DNA from: Ferruginibacter sp.
GTDB lineage: Bacteria; Bacteroidota; Bacteroidia; Chitinophagales; Chitinophagaceae
DNA: 64,000 bases
Reading direction: 5' to 3'
NCBI GenBank assembly: GCA_035328475.1
Contig: DAOLIP010000005.1
Span: 9,774 to 73,773, forward strand
The notes beneath the pieces were generated by a model, which was not told the origin of the DNA, searched no databases, and worked only from the letters and a program-made list of their open reading frames with translations. This document shows, piece after piece, positions 28,126 through 37,253 of the stretch. Positions within the stretch are counted from its first letter, which is position 1. Each line of letters begins with the position of its first letter. The position numbers were made by a program, and so were the translations under genes.

Positions 28126-28785
28126 TTACCCGGCCGCCGTATTTAAAAAACCGATCAATGGTTTCATTGCCTGGAATTTTTTAGACAGCTCTTTGACGAA
28201 ATTCTTATTCTGAATATCTGCATCGGTAAAAGAGCATGTTACAATAAAACTCTTTCTTTTTATGTATTCAATAGCCGGGTTGGTATCGTCGTAGCTTTTA
28301 GGAGGCCTGGTCAGCGAGTCCCCCTGTAATCCTTCGGTAAATATTTTTTTAAAGGCCTTGCTTTCCACGATCTTTTTCCAGTCGTCAAAATTATAGTCAA
28401 TTTCCTGGCGTATGCCGGCCAATACAGCAGGCTCCGGCATCCAGATGCCACCGGCTGCAAAACTTTTACCGGGTTCAATATGCAGATAATATCCGGCCCC
28501 CAGGCCTTTCTTGCCGTCTTTATTAAAATAGGCAGCCATGTTACTTTTGTAGGGATCTTTATTCTTACTGAAACGTACGTCGCGGTTTATACGGAACGTG
28601 CAGTTCTTTGCTTCCAGGTTTGCAACAGAAGGATCGAATGCCCCGATCTCTTTTATGACCTGCGACACCATCAAAAGAAAATCTGCTTTTGCAGCTTCGT
28701 ATTGTTTCCGGTTCTTATCAAACCAGGGTTTATTATTATTCTTCTTGAGGTCTTTCAGAAATTTGAGGGTAGATGACTGAAGCAT
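28126..28785 (-). CDS. DUF2461-family protein (start probably ATG 28785)
   Basis: FLKDLKKNNNKPWFDKNRKQYE...FRINRDVRFSKNKDPYK...YYLHIEPGKSFAAGGIWMPE. Confidence 0.88.
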   Translation of the reverse strand: MLQSSTLKFLKDLKKNNNKPWFDKNRKQYEAAKADFLLMVSQVIKEIGAFDPSVANLEAKNCTFRINRDVRFSKNKDPYKSNMAAYFNKDGKKGLGAGYYLHIEPGKSFAAGGIWMPEPAVLAGIRQEIDYNFDDWKKIVESKAFKKIFTEGLQGDSLTRPPKSYDDTNPAIEYIKRKSFIVTCSFTDADIQNKNFVKELSKKFQAMKPLIGFLNTAAG

Positions 28786-28877
28786 TTGATTGATAAATTT
28801 GGAGAACGAATGTACAGAAAATAAAAAAGGAATTGATTGTAAAACCAATTCCTGGATTGTCAATTACATTATACATA

Positions 28878-29441
28878 TCATCTTATTCTTCCCCAATTCT
28901 CTCCGCTTCGTATCCGGTACAGGGTCATCTCGCTTACTTTATACCGGGACGCAAGCTGCTTGTATGTTATATTACGCTTGGGATCATTCAGAATGTGTTT
29001 GATGGTTTTTACCTGGCCGGCATTCAGTTTTAGCCCAACTGTTCTGTTGGCCTGCCGGATCTTGTAAGCGATCTTTTCCGGGCTTTTCTGCTGATGTGTA
29101 CTTACCATATCCAGCGTGGCCCATTGCAGATTCTTGGAATGATTGTCTTTCTTTTTATGATTTACATGGATCACATATTTATAACGCGGCGAAGGTTTTT
29201 TACAAAACAGCCTGGCCACTTCCCGGTGAATGTAAATAGTACCGTTGCCTCCCTTTATGTGAAGGTTTAATGTTCGGTATCCTGAAGTAAGAGAACCGCT
29301 GAGCAGTTTGCCGTCTGTTTCAATATCGGTACTATAGCTTGCCGCCCGGCCAAGTGAAGAAACAGCGTATTTTTTCCGGAACTGTTTATGGCCACTGAAG
29401 AGTACCTGTTTCCAGGTTTCGCCGGAATGTTTTTTAATCAT
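28878..29441 (-). CDS. NUMOD4/HNH_3-type endonuclease-domain protein with a C-terminal HTH
   Basis: YAVSSLGR, IYIHREVARLF, VIHVNHKKKDNHSKNLQW; C-terminal YKQLASRYKVSEMTLYRIRSGENW. Confidence 0.8.
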   Translation of the reverse strand: MIKKHSGETWKQVLFSGHKQFRKKYAVSSLGRAASYSTDIETDGKLLSGSLTSGYRTLNLHIKGGNGTIYIHREVARLFCKKPSPRYKYVIHVNHKKKDNHSKNLQWATLDMVSTHQQKSPEKIAYKIRQANRTVGLKLNAGQVKTIKHILNDPKRNITYKQLASRYKVSEMTLYRIRSGENWGRIR

Positions 29442-29525
29442 AACACGACGATTTAAGATGATACCGGGCCAGCCCGTTAGCCCGTAATAATAAAGGCTTC
29501 CTCTTAAATATAATACATTTTTTCG

Positions 29526-31689
<2,164 letters not shown>

Positions 31690-31703
31690 AACACCTTGTT
31701 TTA

Positions 31704-32792
31704 TCAGGAAGGATTGATCTGTTCCAGGTATTCCTTTAAAACAATCTTCAGTTGCCTTTTCACAATTGCGCCCATGGTCTGGCTCCGGGAAAAATAATGC
31801 GTATTGAAATGTGCATTCAGTTCTTCCTTCAGCATTTTTATCTTGTAGTTGTCGGATATCTCGTCTCTTGCCATGATATTAAGCAGCTCCAGCAATTGTT
31901 TGCGGCTGGCAAATACCCGGTGGGCCATGGCCGTTCGTTCTTCGGCCTGGTATTGCTCTATCACTTCAGGACTGAGAATTTTTAATACCAATTCCACATA
32001 CTCGAAATTCTCTTTGTAAAACTGCGGCAGGTACAGGTTCTTTCTTCCTTCATAACTCTGCTGATCAAAATCAATGGAGCGGATGCGGTACTGGTAATCT
32101 TCAATGTCGGGCGTAATGTCTATCACAAAATTATAACTCCGCATATCGCCCAGCAGGCGGGCAAAGCAACGTTCATTGAATTTCACAAACTCTTTCGCAA
32201 TACGGATCTTGTTCGTTTCCGGCTCGTTCAGGTATTCTTCCAGGAAGATGTCGCCGGGTATGCCGGGAATATGTTCTTCTACCAGGGTGTTCTTATGATA
32301 CAGGAAGGTGATGCGGTTGGGACTGAGCAGGTGTTCCAGCTCCAGGCCATAGATACGGGAGGCATCGGCTGCCTTCACATAATAATGATCGTAGTTATCG
32401 TTGATGCGGTTGATGATTCGGATGCGGAAAGGCATGCTGTTGCCGAATTCGCAGAAGTCGATCCGCTCCACATCCAGATGATTGATAAAACTGAGATTGC
32501 CTTCTGTTTTTAGTGCCGCGTATGTTTTAATAAGGCCTTCTTTTAAAAACTCCATTTCCTTCAGATCGTACACCGCCGTTTCCCAATGGGTAAGTTTGCC
32601 TTTTTTATTCCGAAGGGCCGTGGTGTGCCGGTAATTAAGCAGATCTCGGTAAGCAACGGGCAGGGCAATATCTCTTCCGTATTGGTGCAGGTATCTTTGC
32701 AGGCGTTCGTTCACCGGGAAGAGGTCTTTCTTCATCATCGGCTTATCCGACTCGTTTTTTATCCTGGCATTGATGATCTTATCGAACTGCAT
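31704..32792 (-). CDS. Hypothetical protein with atypical kinase-like motifs (start may be 32738)
   Basis: Long clean ORF; YYVK, LLGDMRSYNF and IRSIDFD resemble PI3/4-kinase/HipA-type catalytic motifs. Confidence 0.7.
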   Translation of the reverse strand: MQFDKIINARIKNESDKPMMKKDLFPVNERLQRYLHQYGRDIALPVAYRDLLNYRHTTALRNKKGKLTHWETAVYDLKEMEFLKEGLIKTYAALKTEGNLSFINHLDVERIDFCEFGNSMPFRIRIINRINDNYDHYYVKAADASRIYGLELEHLLSPNRITFLYHKNTLVEEHIPGIPGDIFLEEYLNEPETNKIRIAKEFVKFNERCFARLLGDMRSYNFVIDITPDIEDYQYRIRSIDFDQQSYEGRKNLYLPQFYKENFEYVELVLKILSPEVIEQYQAEERTAMAHRVFASRKQLLELLNIMARDEISDNYKIKMLKEELNAHFNTHYFSRSQTMGAIVKRQLKIVLKEYLEQINPS

Positions 32793-32842
32793 GCTGTAAA
32801 GATACGCTCCAAAATGGTTGCGTTACATGACTTCATTTGGCC

Positions 32843-32850
32843 TATTTTTG
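32843..32850 (+). promoter_or_regulatory. -7 promoter box of the amidohydrolase gene
   Basis: TATTTTTG, an exact TAnnTTTG, 17 nt before ATG 32868. Confidence 0.55.
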
Positions 32851-32867
32851 AGAAACAATCTACTGTC

Positions 32868-34529
32868 ATGACTTTTAAAAACACCTACAGCCGGTCATTT
32901 TTAATTTTTAATTTTTCATTTTTAATTCTCCTCTTCGCTTCCTGCAAATTCCGCCAGAAGGCAGATATGATCATTCACCATGCGAAGATCTACACGGTAG
33001 ATGAAAAATTTTCAACAGCAGAAGCCATGGTGGTAAGAGATGGAAAGATCATTGCCACCGGAACCAATGAAGAGATACTGAAAGAATACGAATCGGATGT
33101 GACGGAAGATGCAAAGGGTAAAACGGTATTTCCCGGCTTTATTGATGCACACGCTCATTTTGTGGGATACGGTTTCAGTCTGCAACGGGTGAACCTGGTG
33201 GGAACAGAAAGCTGGGATGATGTACTGAACCGTTGCAGTGAATTTGCAAGGGGATTGCAGGCAGGGCAGTGGTTAACCGGAAGAGGATGGGATCAGAATG
33301 ACTGGATGGTAAAGGAATTTCCTGCGAATGATAAACTGAATGAATTGTTTCCGGATCGCCCCGTACTTATAACAAGGATCGATGGTCATGCGGCCATTGC
33401 CAACAATAAAGCGCTGGAGATGGCCGGAGTAAAACCAGGCGACAAACTGGAAGGCGGAGAGATAGAAGTAAAGAACGGAAAGCTTACCGGCATATTGGTG
33501 GATAATGCGGTGGACCTGGTTTCGGCAAAAATTCCTGCTGCCGGTGAAGCGCAGGCAAAAGAGGCATTGCTGCTTGCACAAAAGAATTGTTTTGCCACTG
33601 GCCTCACCAGCATACACGATTGCGGGCTGGATTATGATGCAGCGGAAAAAATTCAAAAGCTTCAGCAAAGCGGCGACCTGAAAATGAGGATGTACATTAT
33701 GCTGAGCGATGCTAAAAAGAATTTTGAATGGGCCTTTACAAATGGAAAAATAAAAACAGACCGGTTAACCGTGAGTGGTTTTAAAGTGTATGCCGATGGA
33801 GCCCTGGGTTCAAGAGGTGCCTGCCTGTTGCAGCCATACAGCGATAAGCCAGGATGGCCGGGGTTTTTATTAAGCGCACCCGAAAATTTTGATTCGGTGG
33901 CAAATATCATTCATCAAAAAGGATGGCAGATGTGTACGCATGCTATTGGCGACAGTGGTAACCGTACCATTCTGAACATCTATGCAAAATATTTAAAAGG
34001 CAAGAACGACCTGCGCTGGCGCATTGAGCACGCACAGGTGGTGAATAAAGATGATTTTAAACTCTTTGGCGAAAACAACATCATTCCTTCTGTACAGCCA
34101 ACGCATGGTACTTCCGATATGTATTGGGCCGGAGACCGTTTGGGCAGTGAAAGGGTGAAAGGAGCTTATGCCTACCAGCAATTATTAAAGGAGAATAACT
34201 GGATACCGTTGGGCACCGATTTCCCCGTGGAAGACATCAGTACTTTTAAAACTTTTTTTGCCGCCGTGGTAAGGCAGGATGCCAAAGGATTTCCTGCCGG
34301 CGGCTATCAAATGGAAAATGCACTCACAAGAGAACAAGCCATCCGGGGCATGACGATATGGGGAGCCAAGGCAGCTTTTGAAGAAAAACAAAAAGGAAGC
34401 CTGGAAAAAGGAAAGTTTGCCGACTTTATTATTCTCGATACCGACCTGCTGAAATGTAAAGAAGCAGAAATTTTAAAAACGAAGGTATTGGCTACCTACG
34501 TTAATGGAGAGAAGGTCTATAAACAGTAA
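32868..34529 (+). CDS. Amidohydrolase_3 (YtcJ-like) metal-dependent hydrolase, lipoprotein
   Basis: PGFIDAHAH, KVYADGALGSRGA, THAIGDSGN, WRIEHAQ, LGTDFP; lipobox FASC. The ORF track start 32586 overlaps the divergent gene and is unlikely. Confidence 0.92.
   Translation: MTFKNTYSRSFLIFNFSFLILLFASCKFRQKADMIIHHAKIYTVDEKFSTAEAMVVRDGKIIATGTNEEILKEYESDVTEDAKGKTVFPGFIDAHAHFVGYGFSLQRVNLVGTESWDDVLNRCSEFARGLQAGQWLTGRGWDQNDWMVKEFPANDKLNELFPDRPVLITRIDGHAAIANNKALEMAGVKPGDKLEGGEIEVKNGKLTGILVDNAVDLVSAKIPAAGEAQAKEALLLAQKNCFATGLTSIHDCGLDYDAAEKIQKLQQSGDLKMRMYIMLSDAKKNFEWAFTNGKIKTDRLTVSGFKVYADGALGSRGACLLQPYSDKPGWPGFLLSAPENFDSVANIIHQKGWQMCTHAIGDSGNRTILNIYAKYLKGKNDLRWRIEHAQVVNKDDFKLFGENNIIPSVQPTHGTSDMYWAGDRLGSERVKGAYAYQQLLKENNWIPLGTDFPVEDISTFKTFFAAVVRQDAKGFPAGGYQMENALTREQAIRGMTIWGAKAAFEEKQKGSLEKGKFADFIILDTDLLKCKEAEILKTKVLATYVNGEKVYKQ
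32895..32929. repeat. Five heptamers (TAATTTT/TCATTTT) encoding the signal-peptide h-region
   Basis: TCATTTT TAATTTT TAATTTT TCATTTT TAATTCT, encoding SFLIFNFSFLIL. Confidence 0.75.
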
Positions 34530-34532
34530 CCC

Positions 34533-34600
34533 CTTTGCGTTCTTTGCGGTTTTTTATCCTGAGCGGAGCCGAAGGGTTAACCGCAAAGAACGACCCGCAA
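34533..34600. repeat. Composite hairpin: 14-bp inverted repeat enclosing a REP-like element, between convergent genes
   Basis: CGTTCTTTGCGGTT (34538-34551) pairs with AACCGCAAAGAACG (34579-34592); the loop contains ATCCTGAGCGGAGCCGAAGG. Confidence 0.8.
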
Positions 34601-34616
34601 AGCGCATAAAGCAAAA

Positions 34617-35264
34617 CTACACATTAACAATCCCGTTCCTGATCGCATACATCACCAGGCCCACCCTTGTCTTTACATGCAGTTTTTCAAACAGTGCATC
34701 CCGGTACCCATCGATGGTACGGGGGCTGACAAACATCTTATCGGCAATTTCCTTATAAGTAAGTTCGGTACAACTGTATTTTAAAAAATCGGTTTCCCGG
34801 TCGTTGAGTGGTACCAGGCTTTTCAATCCTTCAGTTTCATCATCCATTTTATTAATGGCGTGCATCAGTTTGCCGCTCACCAGGTCGCTGTAGTAAAAGC
34901 CTTTTTCCATTACGGCATTGATGGCTGCTCTTAATTCTGCCGGCTCGCTGTCTTTTAGTATATATCCCCGGGCGCCACACTTGAGCATACGGATGATGGA
35001 GGTTTCGTTGTCGTACATGCTGAGGGCGAGTACTTTGATGCCGGGGTGGTTGGTTTTTAGCCATTGGGTTGCCTGGAAACCATCCATTTCGGGCATGTTG
35101 ATATCCATGAGAACGATGTCGGGGAGATTTACCGGGTCCAGTTTATCCAACAGCTCTTTGCCGTTATCTGCCTCAAACAATATGGTATTACCCAGGCTTT
35201 CCACTAATTGGGCAAGGCCGATGCGGAGGAGAGAGTGATCGTCTGCCAAAACAATGGATGCCAT
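34617..35264 (-). CDS. NarL/LuxR-family response regulator
   Basis: LADDHSLLR, LMDINMPEMDG, GYILK; LNDRETDFL...YKEIADKMFVSPRTIDGYRDALFEKL. Confidence 0.95.
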   Translation of the reverse strand: MASIVLADDHSLLRIGLAQLVESLGNTILFEADNGKELLDKLDPVNLPDIVLMDINMPEMDGFQATQWLKTNHPGIKVLALSMYDNETSIIRMLKCGARGYILKDSEPAELRAAINAVMEKGFYYSDLVSGKLMHAINKMDDETEGLKSLVPLNDRETDFLKYSCTELTYKEIADKMFVSPRTIDGYRDALFEKLHVKTRVGLVMYAIRNGIVNV

Positions 35265-35306
35265 GCTTGCCGGTTTACAAAATACAAGTTGAATATAGTG
35301 TAATTC

Positions 35307-35338
35307 GGGTGAAAAAGGGTGAAAACACGGTAGGAAAA
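35307..35338. promoter_or_regulatory. Helically phased direct repeats, candidate response-regulator sites
   Basis: GGGTGAAAA at 35307 and 35317 (10-bp period), then CGGTAGGAAAA at 35328, in the divergent intergenic region. Confidence 0.45.
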
Positions 35339-35445
35339 TTTTGTTGATGATTATAGCTTAGATATTTCGGGAAAGGTTTGGATTTGTGAGAGAGATGGTT
35401 TAAAATTACTGATAAATATTTTTTAACCTGATAAAACTTTAAATT

Positions 35446-35793
35446 ATGTCTAAAATGCCTGACAAATTCGGTTTTGAAGTCAGAGAAATCATTGACTTGA
35501 AAGAAAGTGGAATAAGTCCTAAAACAATTATGGTAGGTAGTGAGAAAACAATTGTTGAACTAACCACCATGGTTTCTGAGTTTATTTTTGGAAATATAAA
35601 GATAAGTCTCGAGAAAGAGGGAAGCGATGTATTGATAATTGAAGACATGAGTCTTGATTCAAAGGGCTTGAAAGATGCTGGAATTGAAAATAAGATATTG
35701 GCTGTTGGGCCACCCCCAGAAAAAGGGAAACCCGGTGGTCCTGCAGGATCCAACCCTCCACCAAAAGTAATTGTTAAACCAAAGCCAAGGTAG
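35446..35793 (+). CDS. Small hypothetical protein with a Pro/Gly-rich basic C-terminal tail
   Basis: 115 aa, no signal peptide, ends GPPPEKGKPGGPAGSNPPPKVIVKPKPR. Confidence 0.7.
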   Translation: MSKMPDKFGFEVREIIDLKESGISPKTIMVGSEKTIVELTTMVSEFIFGNIKISLEKEGSDVLIIEDMSLDSKGLKDAGIENKILAVGPPPEKGKPGGPAGSNPPPKVIVKPKPR

Positions 35794-35801
35794 CCAAAAC
35801 G

Positions 35802-37241
35802 TCAGGTGTTCTTTTGTCTTGTTTTATCTAAGAATTTCATGCTTGCCGGTATCTTGTAAATAAGACTTAAAAAGTCGGGCCAAAAGCTTAGGTAAGCAAA
35901 AGCATCCCTGTCGTTAGTGCCTACCATATTATAAATCTTGAAAAAGGGATGAGATTCAAGTTCATCTATGTCCGTGGGCATAGTTACTGATAATCCTCTA
36001 AAATTTTTTCTGAATTCACCCTCGCCTGGTTTTAGGGATATTATTGCTGAGCTTATCAACAGGAGAAGCTCAGTTATTAATTTAACTGTAGCAGGAAATT
36101 TCTTAGCAGGAACCTTTTCTGAAAAGCGTTCAAGTATATATAACAGGTCAAAATTACATAGGTCAAAACAGAACCCACGTTCGCTTGGTATTGGGCTTTC
36201 AGGATCATTTCCCCAACTGTTACTTGTGTCATCTTTTTTTGATAATTCACCTGCAACGTCAAGGAAAGCACGCCTTAAATCGTCCGAAGAGATGATGTCA
36301 AGAAGTAACCGGTTGAGAGTTTCAAAGATTTGGTCAAACTTCTTGGTATCAATTGCGGAAATAACTGTCCTGTTAACATATTCTTTTTGAATATCATCAA
36401 AACTTATGTAAGCATTTTTGAATTCTTCAGTAATGTTTTGGCATAGGTTTACCCAGGTGGTTTCATTGTGTAGATAATTTATATTAGTATTGATAAATTC
36501 CAATAAAGCAGCATAATTATATCCAATAAAGGAAATTGGCGTTTGTGGACCGACTATATATTTTATACTCATTGCTAGATCATAAACGGTATCTAATCTC
36601 ATCATATCACAATTCATGAAGAGCAAAAGATCGATTTTATTATTTGGATCATCGGGATTATTGCTCCTGTAACTTATCTTAAGTGCATCATTGAGCTCTG
36701 TATTAGTTAACATATCTGTCAGGTCTACACGTCCCATATCAAAATTACTTTCAGGGTCATCTTGGGAAGAGCTTGCTATTGAATCGAATAAATGCCTTTT
36801 ATTGAAAGTATAATCTGCTGCAAATAGTTTTTCTGTATTAAAAGAAAAACTTCTGTTTTTGAAAAGCCCGACTCCAAAGCCATGCCCCCAGGTAATAAGT
36901 ATCGTATGACTGGATATGTATACAGTTCTGATATATTGAAATAATAAACCCAAAAAAATTGGCTCTGTAAATTTTACATTGCCAAAATCCTGTTGGTTTG
37001 AAATGGTTTGTTCCATTAGTTCTCCATCAGGGGTTAATTCTAATAATCTTAGCCGCCTGTTCTTTGCTTTTTCATCTAAAGAGTATCTCAATATTAGTAT
37101 TCTGTGATCGTCATGAAAACCCTTCTGCAGACCTCTTTTCAGGTGCTCATAGGCTTCCGTTACTATAGGATCATCTTCCCGATCTGAAGGATTATTGATA
37201 AGGAAAATGATATTTAATTTCTTAGTACCTTGTTTAAGCAT
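35802..37241 (-). CDS. Clostripain-family (C11) cysteine peptidase, no signal peptide
   Basis: ILITWGHGFGVG (His-Gly) and DLLLFMNCDM (Cys) match the C11 dyad contexts; GYNY, AIDT, DL and GLSV follow in family order. Confidence 0.82.
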   Translation of the reverse strand: MLKQGTKKLNIIFLINNPSDREDDPIVTEAYEHLKRGLQKGFHDDHRILILRYSLDEKAKNRRLRLLELTPDGELMEQTISNQQDFGNVKFTEPIFLGLLFQYIRTVYISSHTILITWGHGFGVGLFKNRSFSFNTEKLFAADYTFNKRHLFDSIASSSQDDPESNFDMGRVDLTDMLTNTELNDALKISYRSNNPDDPNNKIDLLLFMNCDMMRLDTVYDLAMSIKYIVGPQTPISFIGYNYAALLEFINTNINYLHNETTWVNLCQNITEEFKNAYISFDDIQKEYVNRTVISAIDTKKFDQIFETLNRLLLDIISSDDLRRAFLDVAGELSKKDDTSNSWGNDPESPIPSERGFCFDLCNFDLLYILERFSEKVPAKKFPATVKLITELLLLISSAIISLKPGEGEFRKNFRGLSVTMPTDIDELESHPFFKIYNMVGTNDRDAFAYLSFWPDFLSLIYKIPASMKFLDKTRQKNT

Positions 37242-37253
37242 CGTGTATATTTT

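Noticed and set aside
32586-32867. 94-aa N-terminal extension of the amidohydrolase in the ORF track
   Set aside because: It overlaps the divergent gene; a -7 box and a lipoprotein signal support ATG 32868 instead.
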